A stretch of DNA of 52,567 bases from Candidatus Uhrbacteria bacterium (GCA_016206155.1 JACQSC010000006.1:1-52567); one strand, 5' to 3'. Positions 27,195 through 37,462 are shown, counted from the stretch's first letter. Translations and numbers: made by a program. The notes: a model not told the origin generated them from the sequence alone.

Positions 27195-28841
27195 TTACTC
27201 ATAGAAACACGCGTCGCACAACAGTGTACGCCGTGTTGTCGAAGGCCGGATATATGAGTACATCTGCTTACTGCACTGCGCGCATTCCGCTTCATGGGGT
27301 ACCGGATACATCGACGGGTAATACCGTTCGAATATCGTACGCCAGTGCAGGCGCGGCAAGGGTGCGCGAAAGCGGCGATACAGCGCAAGCTCCTGCTTTG
27401 TTATCTTGTAGGGTCGTCCTGTTTCCACACAAGCCCAGATGGCTGCAAGAAGATCGCCGGAATCATCACCACATACATCGGGAAGCCCTAATGAAGATAC
27501 CGCGCCAGGTGCTTCTGATATACCAACGTCCGGATTGCTCCGCAAGCCCAAGCGCGCGGCGACTGCAGCATACTCGTCAAACGAAGAGGTAAGCACCGCT
27601 GCAGCATTGGTATCCTCATATGCAAAGGGGGCGTATTTCAGGGGAAAATATTTCCCCCACTCGCCGGTTTCCCTCATGCGCGTAACAATGCGCGCCTTTT
27701 GTATGGCGTACTCATCCTGTTCGTAGGGCTTGTTAAGAATGCAAAACGAGGCATTCTTCAATCCAAAACAGCCAAAACAGTCATGCGATTGAAACATGTG
27801 TTGCGAGTAGAGAATGTCGTAGCAGTGTTCGGCGATCATGGTGAATGCGACGCGCTGTGAGGAAAGAAATCCGACCGTCATGATCCCCTGCTCAGACCCT
27901 TCGGCAGAGGCGTCGCACGTCTCGGTCACGTTGTTGCCATAGGCGTTTACGCACTGCTCTGCATTGGACAAATTAGAGCATCGAATGCACGATCGGCAAT
28001 TTGTTAAAAAAGTTCCGGTTGAATCTTCGCAGTTGATGTTACGCTCCGCTTGAATGGGTTGCGTTAAAAGAAAATCCTGCCAGGCGTCCCATTCGTGTTG
28101 AAATACTGAGTACGAGGAAAGGTCGATCATCGCCATACGACGTTCGTACTCCACTTTCGTATACTGGATATTCTGAATGCAGTACTGCTTGTGCTTGAGA
28201 TTCACGCACTGGTAACAGTTGGAACAATCAATGCAGTTGGAGAGAAAGCGAGAATCACTGCAATGACTGCATAGCTCGGCGTATTGGAGATTAAAACACA
28301 TCGTGCAATTCGCGCATTGATAAAGCAGCTCCGACTCACGGCAGTTAAACGCATACATACACTCACGGCATTTGCGCGCGCGAAAAGAATACAGCACGTT
28401 TTCGCAGTGAAAGCAGATGAAGCAAAGATAGCAATTCTTTGACCAGAACACATGATTTGCATATTCCACGTTCTCACAGTTGAGAATGGTCACGTTCGGT
28501 CGAGGAACCTCTGCCACCATTTCAAAATACTGTTCAAAAAATGGCCGCGAAAAATCAAACGCTCTGCCGTACTCGCGCGCATCAAACTCATTGCTCATCC
28601 AGTATCCGTGCTCGACAATCTTCGGAAATTCCTTTGGGTCATAGCAGGAAAGAATCTTTTTGCCCGTTCGACAGTCCTCAGTCCAATACAGCGACCAATT
28701 ATTCCCGTGCGCAAAACGCATGACAAAGCGCAGTATCGGATGCATATCTGACACCGGCAAATCAAAACGGCCATAAAGCTCTCGCTCAGTATCGGTGATC
28801 TCAAATGGCAATCCTGAAATTGGACAAATATGACGCGGCAT
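27195..28841 (-). CDS. Cysteine-rich repeat protein, paralog 1
   Basis: CPISG...FDFSRPFFEQ...periodic CxxC/NCY repeats...GEWGKYFP...CVETGRPYKITKQEL. Confidence 0.85.
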   Translation of the reverse strand: MPRHICPISGLPFEITDTERELYGRFDLPVSDMHPILRFVMRFAHGNNWSLYWTEDCRTGKKILSCYDPKEFPKIVEHGYWMSNEFDAREYGRAFDFSRPFFEQYFEMVAEVPRPNVTILNCENVEYANHVFWSKNCYLCFICFHCENVLYSFRARKCRECMYAFNCRESELLYQCANCTMCFNLQYAELCSHCSDSRFLSNCIDCSNCYQCVNLKHKQYCIQNIQYTKVEYERRMAMIDLSSYSVFQHEWDAWQDFLLTQPIQAERNINCEDSTGTFLTNCRSCIRCSNLSNAEQCVNAYGNNVTETCDASAEGSEQGIMTVGFLSSQRVAFTMIAEHCYDILYSQHMFQSHDCFGCFGLKNASFCILNKPYEQDEYAIQKARIVTRMRETGEWGKYFPLKYAPFAYEDTNAAAVLTSSFDEYAAVAARLGLRSNPDVGISEAPGAVSSLGLPDVCGDDSGDLLAAIWACVETGRPYKITKQELALYRRFRAPLPRLHWRTIFERYYPSMYPVPHEAECAQCSKQMYSYIRPSTTRRTLLCDACFYE

Positions 28842-28844
28842 AGC

Positions 28845-30425
28845 TTATAACAACCCCTTCGACACACCCTCTTTTTCAACAGTACGTCCATACATGTACT
28901 CTCCCGGGTATAGGCGTGTCAAGCGTATCTCGGGGTGCAGGCGTGGTAGTGGAATGGCGTATTTTTTATAAAAATCAAACTCCTGCTTTATCAGCTTGAA
29001 TGGTCTGCCTGACTGTTCGCAGACAAGCAGCTTACCCTTAACGTCCCCCCATGCAATATCCTTAATATGATCTCTTGGTTGGTATACCTGTTCTGTGTCG
29101 TATGTCGGTTCAATTTTTTCTTTCCATCCAAATCCTTGACTCAATGCCTCTTCCTTGGATAGGGGCATATTGAGCTGTGCCAGTGTTTCGTTATACCCCC
29201 AGGGGCACAAGGCTATTGGAAAAAACTTACCATACTCACCGCGCTTGTGCATGGCGGCAATCAGCTCACCCTTTAATGTTTCATACTCCTCTTTGGTGTA
29301 CTGATTGTTGAAGATACAGTATTGTTTTTTCTTTAACCCATAACACGCAAAACAATCAGTGCAATTATTAACCATCCAACAGCTATATTCCAGGTTTGTG
29401 CCCGTTACAATATCAACGCAATAACGGATATTGTATGAGTTAAACCCCGTGGTGGTTGATAGATAGGTAAGCTGCGAGCCAAGCCCATAGGTGCAGTTGT
29501 CCAGACTATCTTTTGCTTGGAGCAATGCATAGCTGTTTATGCAATTCTCACTATCGATAATCGCAAATGAACCTTCGACGTCATGGCTGTTCCGTATAAA
29601 ATTACCGCTCACTCGCTCATTTTTTGAGCCGATCATCTTGTTTTTGTTTTCCTTTTGTACCATTTGCCTATACTCCGCCTTCAATGCTCCTACAACCGCA
29701 TGGCTTCCCCAATCAATGGCATTCATGCGTCTTTCGTATTCTTCCTTGCTTACGCTTTCATTTCTGAACACATATGACTGCGCGCTCAGAGTATCACTCA
29801 TGAAACAGTTCGAGCATCCCGAACAGTCATACAGAAACATGCTGTTATTGCACCCTGTTGCGGCGAAGGAATACCATACCTTATAGCAATTCAGCACAAA
29901 TACACCCTCAAAACACAGCTCACTGCTGTTAAGGAAAACGCATGCGATACAATCGCGCGATGCATCAGCGGTGAGTACATAGGAACAATTCTCGAGCGTT
30001 GCCACATCAAAGCACATGTAACAATTTTTCAGCGAACTACAGCAATTATTATATTCACTATTCTCAAGCGGCAGGGCTACACATAACCCAAGATGAGGCG
30101 TCTGATACCACAGTTCTTGTATTTGTTCAAAGAATGGCCGATCAAGCGACCAATGATAGGATTTCGCTTCCCACGTATCAGAGTACCAGCAATCACGGCA
30201 ATACACAGGAAACGAAGCGTCCTTGTCATAGAGTGACAGCTTCTCCTTCTTGCAAAGATCACATACGCGGTAGTAGAGCGACATCACATTGCGATATGTC
30301 ATCAACTCCTTCATGCGTTCGTACGGATGGACAACAGGAAGGGGTACGCCTAATTTTTTTCGCAATTCTTGCTCACGTTCCGATATTTCAAATTGCTTAT
30401 TCGACTGTTTGCACGTCTTAATCAT
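28845..30425 (-). CDS. Cysteine-rich repeat protein, paralog 2
   Basis: Same architecture (RPFFEQ, GEYGKFFP, CEQSGRPFKLIKQE). Start set at MIKTCKQS. Confidence 0.85.
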   Translation of the reverse strand: MIKTCKQSNKQFEISEREQELRKKLGVPLPVVHPYERMKELMTYRNVMSLYYRVCDLCKKEKLSLYDKDASFPVYCRDCWYSDTWEAKSYHWSLDRPFFEQIQELWYQTPHLGLCVALPLENSEYNNCCSSLKNCYMCFDVATLENCSYVLTADASRDCIACVFLNSSELCFEGVFVLNCYKVWYSFAATGCNNSMFLYDCSGCSNCFMSDTLSAQSYVFRNESVSKEEYERRMNAIDWGSHAVVGALKAEYRQMVQKENKNKMIGSKNERVSGNFIRNSHDVEGSFAIIDSENCINSYALLQAKDSLDNCTYGLGSQLTYLSTTTGFNSYNIRYCVDIVTGTNLEYSCWMVNNCTDCFACYGLKKKQYCIFNNQYTKEEYETLKGELIAAMHKRGEYGKFFPIALCPWGYNETLAQLNMPLSKEEALSQGFGWKEKIEPTYDTEQVYQPRDHIKDIAWGDVKGKLLVCEQSGRPFKLIKQEFDFYKKYAIPLPRLHPEIRLTRLYPGEYMYGRTVEKEGVSKGLL

Positions 30426-30432
30426 ATAACGA

Positions 30433-30717
30433 TTATCGAAACATTCGGAGCAACCGATCGTAAAAGTTCTCGCGTGGACCGACAAGATGAATCATGATCA
30501 ATTTTTGATCCCGATCAACACTATACGCAACACGATAGTGGACGTTTTCAAACTTAAAATGAAATGAATACAAAAAAGAGAGGGCTCCGTGAAGCCTCTC
30601 CCCTGCAAACGGATCTTCAATGAGAATCTCTGTTTCTTCGAGAAGTGCGTGCTGTGCTTGAACCGAAAGACGTTTTAGCGTCTTCTTTGCAGATGACGTT
30701 ATAACACGTCGAAACAT
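30433..30717 (-). CDS. RelE/ParE-family toxin
   Basis: AKKTLKRL...DPFAGERLHGAL...YRVAY...VGPRENFY. Confidence 0.85.
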   Translation of the reverse strand: MFRRVITSSAKKTLKRLSVQAQHALLEETEILIEDPFAGERLHGALSFLYSFHFKFENVHYRVAYSVDRDQKLIMIHLVGPRENFYDRLLRMFR

Positions 30718-30726
30718 AAGAGAGTG

Positions 30727-30930
30727 TTAGCTGTTCTTTATCGCATCTTCAAGCGATTCAAATTTACCGTTGCGTTCATCGTCTCTGCTCTGCTCAATAA
30801 TGTTCATTGACTGGTGATCAAGCATCAGGGCAAGAGATTCGAGCTCCGACGGAGAGAGGTGTTGACGGACAGCGGTAATTGTTGTGACCGCTTGTCGCGC
30901 TTGTTCAAATTGTGATGAATACTGATTCAT
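30727..30930 (-). CDS. Putative antitoxin of the adjacent RelE/ParE toxin
   Basis: Small acidic ORF (IEQSRDDERNGKFESLEDA) upstream of the toxin, with TTGACA-N16-TATCAT and a GAGGTAGG RBS-like sequence. Confidence 0.7.
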   Translation of the reverse strand: MNQYSSQFEQARQAVTTITAVRQHLSPSELESLALMLDHQSMNIIEQSRDDERNGKFESLEDAIKNS

Positions 30931-30981
30931 AGTCCTACCTCAAATGATAAACCAATTTTACACTCTGTCAATTACATGCAA

Positions 30982-32640
30982 TCACCCTGTCTCCATTTGG
31001 AAACAGCGGTCGCAGAGTATGCGGCGAGTTGTTTTGTTGGGGGGAAGATAGGAATACATATCTCCACCGCATTGTGCGCAGATCGCCGTATTGGGCAGTG
31101 GCTGAAGAAGCGGATACCATTCTTCAAATGTTGTTCGCCATGCTTTTCGCGGAACAGGAACACGAAGCCGCCGATATAATTCAAGTTCTTTTTTTGTTAT
31201 TCTATACTGCCTGCCTGTCTTTTCGCACAAAAAAATCTTTGAGCACCACTCATCAAAAAATTCATCAAGGGCGTCAGGGATCTGATCGGCGGAAATCGCG
31301 CCAGCGGGAACCGCAAAATCACTGCCTGCTTTCGCGTCCATTCGAAGCCCCGTACGCATGGCGATATCTTCGGAGCGGTCAAACAACAATGACATGGCAA
31401 TATCGGCGGTTGTTTCCCGATAGGGAAACGGACTATAGCGCGACGGGAAAAACTGCCCCCATTCACCCGTTGTTTTCATGTGTTCAATAATTTTTCCTTT
31501 GAGCAGCTTATATTCTTCCTTGCCATACTGTTTATTGAAAATGCAATACTGCTCTTTCTTCAATCCATAACATCCAAAGCAGTCATGTGATTGAACAACG
31601 TATTGAGAATACAGAATATCATATGAATGCTCAATCATAAAACAGTATGCACAGTTTTTTGAATTCATATATCCGATATTCATAACACCATATTCCGACC
31701 CCATCTCACCATTTGAATCGCAGTTCTCCGCCTGCTTACCTCCCCAACAGGAGAAACAATTCTCCGCACCGCTCAAACAAAAACAAAAAACACATGATGT
31801 GCAATTGGTGAGTAGCACACCCGAGGAATCCTCGCAATTGATAGCGCGTTCTGCTTGCATGGATTGCGTGCCAAGAAACGCCTGCCATTTCTCTTGTTCC
31901 TTCTGGAAGGTTGCGTATGAAGATATATCGATACCTGCCATGAGCCGCTCATATTCTTCTTTTGTATACTGTTTATTCGCAATACAATATTGTTTGTGCT
32001 TGAGATTGGCGCACTGATAGCAGTCGGAACAATCGGTGCAATTGGACAAAAATTGCGAATTCGTGCAGTGTGTTGAAAATTCGGAAAATTTGACATTATA
32101 GCACTCGCGACACAATATGCAGGAAAAACACAACTCGCATTTTTGTGATGTATGCACATACGCGCAGTCACGATTTTCGCTTCCGCGCAGACAGTAATAA
32201 CAATTCTCACAGGCAAAGGTATTGAATGTGAGGTAGCAATCGCGGCAATTCATCACGTTGTTGCAATAATCAACGTTCTCACTTTTGTAAATCAAAAGAT
32301 TGGCCTTCGGAATAGTACGAACCATCTCAACGTATTGATCAAAAAAGGACCGCGAAAAATCGAACAGCCGACCGTATTCTTTTGCGTCAAATTCATCGCT
32401 CCACCAATACGAATGATCATAGATTGTCGGATGTTCTGCAGGATCATAACAAGAAAGAATGTCTTTTCCCGTTCGGGGATCTTTGGTCCAGTATAGCGAC
32501 CACGCGTTTACATATGCCGTCTTCACGATATACCGCGCAAGCGGATGAATATCCGGCACCGGCAAGCCGAAACGCTCATAGTGACGCTTTTCCAGTTCGT
32601 GGTGTTCAAATGATAATCCCGTGATGGGACAGATGGGCAT
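30982..32640 (-). CDS. Cysteine-rich repeat protein, paralog 3
   Basis: Closest to paralog 1 (CPITG, WSLYWT, ILSCYDP, GEWGQFFP). The track's MRG prefix derives from the MITE. Confidence 0.85.
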   Translation of the reverse strand: MPICPITGLSFEHHELEKRHYERFGLPVPDIHPLARYIVKTAYVNAWSLYWTKDPRTGKDILSCYDPAEHPTIYDHSYWWSDEFDAKEYGRLFDFSRSFFDQYVEMVRTIPKANLLIYKSENVDYCNNVMNCRDCYLTFNTFACENCYYCLRGSENRDCAYVHTSQKCELCFSCILCRECYNVKFSEFSTHCTNSQFLSNCTDCSDCYQCANLKHKQYCIANKQYTKEEYERLMAGIDISSYATFQKEQEKWQAFLGTQSMQAERAINCEDSSGVLLTNCTSCVFCFCLSGAENCFSCWGGKQAENCDSNGEMGSEYGVMNIGYMNSKNCAYCFMIEHSYDILYSQYVVQSHDCFGCYGLKKEQYCIFNKQYGKEEYKLLKGKIIEHMKTTGEWGQFFPSRYSPFPYRETTADIAMSLLFDRSEDIAMRTGLRMDAKAGSDFAVPAGAISADQIPDALDEFFDEWCSKIFLCEKTGRQYRITKKELELYRRLRVPVPRKAWRTTFEEWYPLLQPLPNTAICAQCGGDMYSYLPPNKTTRRILCDRCFQMETG

Positions 32641-32641
32641 A

Positions 32642-32775
32642 CCCCGCACTTAACTCCGATCATCCTTATGCTGCGACACGGCAGCAGAGGAAATCGAAGT
32701 AATGATGAATGAAATAGGTGTAGTGTATATCATATGGCGGATGACTGAAAGCAGCAATCGGAGTTAAGTGCTGGG
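32642..32775. mobile_element. 134-bp MITE-like element, copy 1
   Basis: TIRs CCCCGCACTTAACTCCGAT...ATCGGAGTTAAGTGCTGGG. Highly similar to 37463-37596. Confidence 0.85.
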
Positions 32776-32780
32776 CATAC

Positions 32781-33938
32781 CTATTCTTCAATAATGCCGC
32801 TCCCTAAGCACTCGCGGCCTTTATAGAATACCACGAACTGCCCGGGGGTGACAGCGCGCTGAGGGGAGTCAAACGTAACTCGTAATCCGTAACTCGTAAC
32901 TCGTAATTTTGTTACTACACATCTCTGTAGTGGTTGGCGGTAGCGAGTACGCGCGGTGCAGACAAATGGAAATTTCGGCGGCTGTCCGGAAATCCAATTC
33001 ACGTGCGTGCAGGTAAGTTCTTTTTGATAGAGAACCGAGGATGGCTTCTGGCGATCAACATACACGATATTTTTTTTCATATCCTTGCCAACAACATAGT
33101 ACGGCTCTCCTCCGCCAGAAAATCCGATACCATGCCGCTGGCCAATGGTAAAAAAAGCCGCGCCGTCATGGGTGCCAACCCGCTCTCCGTTCGTCGTCAT
33201 CAGCGGACCCCTTTTCGTCTTGATTGCGGTTTTTAAAAACTCTTTCATGGAAAGCTTGCCAATAAAGCAAACGCCCTGACTGTCTTTGCGGTTCCAGTTT
33301 GGCAAACCGAACGCCTTTGCTTTCACGCGCACCTCTGATTTTAGGAGAGTGCCAATCGGAAACAAGCAGTGTTTGAGTTGTTCCTGTGTCAATGTTGCAA
33401 GAAAATATGTTTGATCCTTAGAGCTATCGCGTGCAGCGTTTAGCGTATACCCTGAACCCTGAACCCTATACCCTAACCTTGCATAGTGTCCGGTGGCAAT
33501 AAAATCAGCGCCTTCTCTCAAAGCGCGCTTTAAAAATAACCCAAATTTGATGACGCTGTTGCACATCATGTCCGGATTTGGCGTACGACCGGCTTTATAT
33601 TCGCGAATCATGTACCGCACAACCGAACGTTCGTATTCTTTTCTAAAGTCCCACTCTTCAAAAGGAATATCCAACGCCGCGGCAACTGCCAATGCGCTTT
33701 GACGATCTCCCTCTTGGGTGCATTCAATGACAGAAAATGGTGTCAGTTCGGAAAATGGTGTCAGGTCTGATTTTCGAGTAACGAAAATCAGACCTGACAC
33801 CATTTTACCAAGATCATATTCGCGCAAAAAAACACCGCGCACATCATGTCCTTTTGCCTTGAGCAGTGCGGCGGCAACGGCGGAGTCAACACCGCCGGAT
33901 ATGGCGACAGCGACAACTTTTTTTCCAAGGCTTCTCAT
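32781..33938 (-). CDS. mnmA: tRNA 2-thiouridylase
   Basis: AISGGVDS, TPNPDMMCN, ATGHYA, KDQTYFL, DSQGVCF, TIGQRHG, AVTPGQ. Confidence 0.97.
   Translation of the reverse strand: MRSLGKKVVAVAISGGVDSAVAAALLKAKGHDVRGVFLREYDLGKMVSGLIFVTRKSDLTPFSELTPFSVIECTQEGDRQSALAVAAALDIPFEEWDFRKEYERSVVRYMIREYKAGRTPNPDMMCNSVIKFGLFLKRALREGADFIATGHYARLGYRVQGSGYTLNAARDSSKDQTYFLATLTQEQLKHCLFPIGTLLKSEVRVKAKAFGLPNWNRKDSQGVCFIGKLSMKEFLKTAIKTKRGPLMTTNGERVGTHDGAAFFTIGQRHGIGFSGGGEPYYVVGKDMKKNIVYVDRQKPSSVLYQKELTCTHVNWISGQPPKFPFVCTARTRYRQPLQRCVVTKLRVTSYGLRVTFDSPQRAVTPGQFVVFYKGRECLGSGIIEE
33733..33806. repeat. Palindromic element inserted in frame in mnmA
   Basis: 25-bp perfect arms at 33752-33776/33782-33806 plus a duplicated arm end at 33733-33746. 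Encodes KMVSGLIFVTRKSDLTPFSELTPFS. Confidence 0.9.
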
Positions 33939-33962
33939 TGCTTGCTCTTACCCCCGCGGCGC

Positions 33963-35297
33963 TTATTGATAGAAAGGAATGTACGGCTTAACTTCCTTGC
34001 TTGGTGAAGGAGTGATCTGTTTTTTTTGTTCAGATTGCTGTGCTTTTGGCTGAGTGCCGACGATACGATACATCGCCCCGCTCTTCGCATCACGCCATAC
34101 TTCGCGAGAAAACAACACCTTGAGCTGCAACGGATGCGTAATGCGAATCCATTGTTTTGGAATATGCGCGGGACGAGATTCCTTGTTTTGTGAGGATTCC
34201 TTGTTTTTGGAAGATTCCTTGTTTTTGTCTTTTTCCTTACTTTTGTCAGTCGCATTGTTTTCTGGAACCTCCTTACCCGATACTAGTGGATTTGGAATTC
34301 CGGCGTGGCGATAGAGTCGTCCGCTTTTCTCATCCTTCCAAACCTGAAATACCGAAAGCCCTGCAAGCTGGGATGGGTGCGTCAGCAACACAGAGTCGGT
34401 TGGCGCCGTACGAAATATACGATACAGTCTGTCGCTTTTCTCATCCTTCCAAATATCGCCCTTCGGGATGCCGACCAGTTGAGAAGGGTGGGTAATCAAA
34501 ACACTGTTGAGCGGGCGCGAATCCGCAAGGGACGCTTGAGTGGTTTGGGCTTGTTTTTGGGCTGCAGGGTTTGACGTTTGAAATGTTCCATACAAAAAAG
34601 CTCGATTGCCCAGTCGATCTTGTGTCGTGAGCCGATACCCGTACACACTGCCGGGAGTTATAGAGAGAAGTGTGAAATGAGCGCGCTCTGCCCGAGTGGG
34701 CGTTGATTCTTTTTCTTCAAATAGAAATGGCGAACCCTTCACGTACACCCCGTATTCAATGCGCGAGAACGCTTGTTCATCGGTGATTATGTCAATGACG
34801 CTAACGCCCTCTTTGTGGTCAAGAACAAATGTTTGAACGTGCGGCGCAGTAAAATCAGGCGGCGTTGGGGCAAGAGGCGATTTTGCAAAACCACCGCTCG
34901 GAAGCGTCGTGAAGGTTAGAGGCCGTGAGAACGCTTCGTTTGAACTCTCCGGATAGGCGCTGCGGATGCGAAAATGGTAAGTGCGAAATTCCGAAAGGCC
35001 GGTAAGTTCAACATGATGCGTCTGAGATGCGTCGGACGATGAATCCTCGACTGGCGCACGCAATCCATATGCAGGTGTCTCTCCGTACTCAAGATAGGAT
35101 AGTGCCGGCTTTTCCGTTTCCCAGTCAATCCGCACTGCGGTCGATGCTGGCGCAATAGAAACATTTGTTATCGACGGAAACGTACTATCACTGCCTTTTT
35201 TTTCAGCGACCACATCAAATGAAACCTCCTGGGCCCACAAAGAGCCGGCAGAAAGGCCTATAATAGCAACAAAAAGGAGTGTCGTGAATCGTCTCAT
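33963..35297 (-). CDS. Secreted protein with FnIII-like domains and three C-terminal ITHPSQL...WKDEKSGRLYR repeats
   Basis: Signal peptide ending SLWA-Q, IDWETEKPA..LEYGET..YG...HHVELTGL...YHFRI, and a thrice-repeated motif. Confidence 0.75.
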   Translation of the reverse strand: MRRFTTLLFVAIIGLSAGSLWAQEVSFDVVAEKKGSDSTFPSITNVSIAPASTAVRIDWETEKPALSYLEYGETPAYGLRAPVEDSSSDASQTHHVELTGLSEFRTYHFRIRSAYPESSNEAFSRPLTFTTLPSGGFAKSPLAPTPPDFTAPHVQTFVLDHKEGVSVIDIITDEQAFSRIEYGVYVKGSPFLFEEKESTPTRAERAHFTLLSITPGSVYGYRLTTQDRLGNRAFLYGTFQTSNPAAQKQAQTTQASLADSRPLNSVLITHPSQLVGIPKGDIWKDEKSDRLYRIFRTAPTDSVLLTHPSQLAGLSVFQVWKDEKSGRLYRHAGIPNPLVSGKEVPENNATDKSKEKDKNKESSKNKESSQNKESRPAHIPKQWIRITHPLQLKVLFSREVWRDAKSGAMYRIVGTQPKAQQSEQKKQITPSPSKEVKPYIPFYQ

Positions 35298-35339
35298 ATC
35301 CCCCTTGTTTTACTCCACTTTTCTCATTATTGCAAGACC

Positions 35340-35888
35340 CTATACCCGGTGGCACTTCCGGCAACGCGCCTGATATTCATCGTCACCGACCTGAATGCGC
35401 TGGGTGTTGTACGGCGCAGGCTTCCCGTCGATAAGCCGTTGCGTGAGCGTCGCCCGTTCGCCACACTGTGTGCAGACCGCATCAAGCTTGAGAGCGCTGT
35501 CTGCAATTGCGAGCACACGCGCCATGTGCTCGAACGGCTCGCGGCGAAAATCCATATCAAGCCCTGCGATAATCACTTGCTTGCCCGCATCGCGCAAATC
35601 TTCAATGACGGTTATAAACGATTGAACAAAAAAATGCGCCTCGTCAATGCCAATGACATCATAGGCTTCTCCCTTCTCCCGCATTTCCATCGGTGTGAGT
35701 ACGGGATAGGCCGCATACGCGGTTCCGCTTCTGCTGACGAGCTCATTGCGGCGATTCCAGCGCTTGTCAATCGCCGGCTTGAAGACAATAAGTGATTTCT
35801 TCGTGTACGATAACCGCTTGAGCCGCCGAATCAGCTCCTCGCTCTTTCCGGAAAACATACAGCCGACAATAACCTCTATAGTACCCAT
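35340..35888 (-). CDS. tdk: Thymidine kinase
   Basis: GCMFSGKSEELIRR, IDEAHFF, AGLDMDF, Zn-binding C..C and CRKC. Confidence 0.96.
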   Translation of the reverse strand: MGTIEVIVGCMFSGKSEELIRRLKRLSYTKKSLIVFKPAIDKRWNRRNELVSRSGTAYAAYPVLTPMEMREKGEAYDVIGIDEAHFFVQSFITVIEDLRDAGKQVIIAGLDMDFRREPFEHMARVLAIADSALKLDAVCTQCGERATLTQRLIDGKPAPYNTQRIQVGDDEYQARCRKCHRV

Positions 35889-35889
35889 A

Positions 35890-37461
35890 CTACCGCTGTT
35901 CAAGATCCTCCTTTTTCTCCTTCATGAATGAAAACCACTCTTCGGTAATATCGACAAATGCCTGAAACGGCAGTTCGATAAGCATATCAAAGAGAAAAAT
36001 GAGCACGTTTATGCGCGCAATCTTAAATGACAACCACTGCCCCAGGCGCATAATAGGATCGAAGAATTGGCTGATAAAAAGCCACAGGAATCGTTCGCGT
36101 CGCCTGACGATAACAAGGTCGTTGATCATCTTTCGCAGAGTAATTCCAAAAAACATGACCAGCGAAAGGAAAAAGAACAGAATAATGCCGCTCACGATAT
36201 TAAAATCAAACTTCATGAGCAGCCACGCAAACAAACCGATTGAGATCGCCGAGAGTACGCCGTAGAGCATATTAAATACGATCGACAATCCCATACCCCT
36301 CTTTCTGAATGAAATCTTCTCAGGGATGAATATCGTCTGCTTCGTGTCCGGATACACGATTTCGCGCACCGCCTGCGCAATCGCCAGGGTATTATCCTTT
36401 CCCGGCATGCGCACAGTGAAGGAAATAAGCGCTAAGATAACCGGCGGTATGACGACGTTGAGAATGAGCGGCTGCATCTTTACATGCTTTACTGAAAAAA
36501 GATCATACGGAATCTCAACGGAAAATCCCAAGACCATCTTGGTAAGAAAAATGTACACGAACGCGCGAACGGTTCGTCCGATAAGGCGGCCACGCTGCAG
36601 CGCATACATCTTTTCGCACACCTTAGAAACATGCTCATCGAGCGCCGATGCGTCATCAAGCGCGCTCTTCCCAAAACGCCTTACAATCGTATGCAGGACA
36701 ATGAATGAAACGCGGAAACGTCTGAACGTCCGCTGCAATTTTCCGTTAAGCGGGTATGAAATTGCCGCGTCGACGGCCTTATGCGCATCGGCACACTCGC
36801 GAGCGCGCGCTAAGATACCTTGGGGCGACTCGGAAAGCAAAGCTCCAAAGCTCTGCTTGAGGAGGAAGAACTGGAGGCGATGAATATTCGGCCGAAAAAG
36901 AATGCGATAGCAGGCAATAAGCAGCTGTCCCTTCTTGACGCGCGGATCTGTCGAGGGCGACGACTTCTCCAGTGAAGGCATGAGCACATCCGCCATCACG
37001 CGCGCAAGCGCCTCCTCGGCTGTCATCGGCGAGAGAATCTCGTCAATCGCGCATGACGCCATGTGCAGCACCCAGTCCTGATGCTTGTTGTCCAAAAGCC
37101 GCTCCCGCTTCAATCCTGTCAGAATGGCGAAATAAAAAGTGAGAATACGTTCAACATCCTTGATGATTGTTTGCGGCAGAGTATTGTTCGCGACATAGCG
37201 CGAGCGGACAAGCTCCCGAACCAAGGGACCGGCAATTGCGCCCGCATCCTGTCCGAACATCGATCGCCGACCAAGAATCCGCCGGATCGCCATCTGGCGC
37301 AGCAAATGGTCGTCAGCGTACTCCATCACGTTGCGAATCTTTTCGTAATAAAATGAGAGGACCGAAACCGCATCGCTCACCACTACGGTTGCCTCTCCCT
37401 CTTTGGCTTTCGGTTCACCGCTCTTCTGTAGAAGATACTCTTCAATTCGATTATGAAGCAT
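35890..37461 (-). CDS. Conserved CPR-type hypothetical membrane protein
   Basis: YEKIRNVMEY.DDHLLR..AIRRIL.R, YIFLTK and C-terminal TMs ending EEWFSFMKEKKE. Confidence 0.8.
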   Translation of the reverse strand: MLHNRIEEYLLQKSGEPKAKEGEATVVVSDAVSVLSFYYEKIRNVMEYADDHLLRQMAIRRILGRRSMFGQDAGAIAGPLVRELVRSRYVANNTLPQTIIKDVERILTFYFAILTGLKRERLLDNKHQDWVLHMASCAIDEILSPMTAEEALARVMADVLMPSLEKSSPSTDPRVKKGQLLIACYRILFRPNIHRLQFFLLKQSFGALLSESPQGILARARECADAHKAVDAAISYPLNGKLQRTFRRFRVSFIVLHTIVRRFGKSALDDASALDEHVSKVCEKMYALQRGRLIGRTVRAFVYIFLTKMVLGFSVEIPYDLFSVKHVKMQPLILNVVIPPVILALISFTVRMPGKDNTLAIAQAVREIVYPDTKQTIFIPEKISFRKRGMGLSIVFNMLYGVLSAISIGLFAWLLMKFDFNIVSGIILFFFLSLVMFFGITLRKMINDLVIVRRRERFLWLFISQFFDPIMRLGQWLSFKIARINVLIFLFDMLIELPFQAFVDITEEWFSFMKEKKEDLEQR

Positions 37462-37462
37462 A

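Noticed and set aside
27195-32640. Diversity-generating retroelement acting on the Cys-rich paralogs
   Set aside because: There is no reverse transcriptase in the window and no near-identical TR/VR pair with adenine-specific differences was seen.
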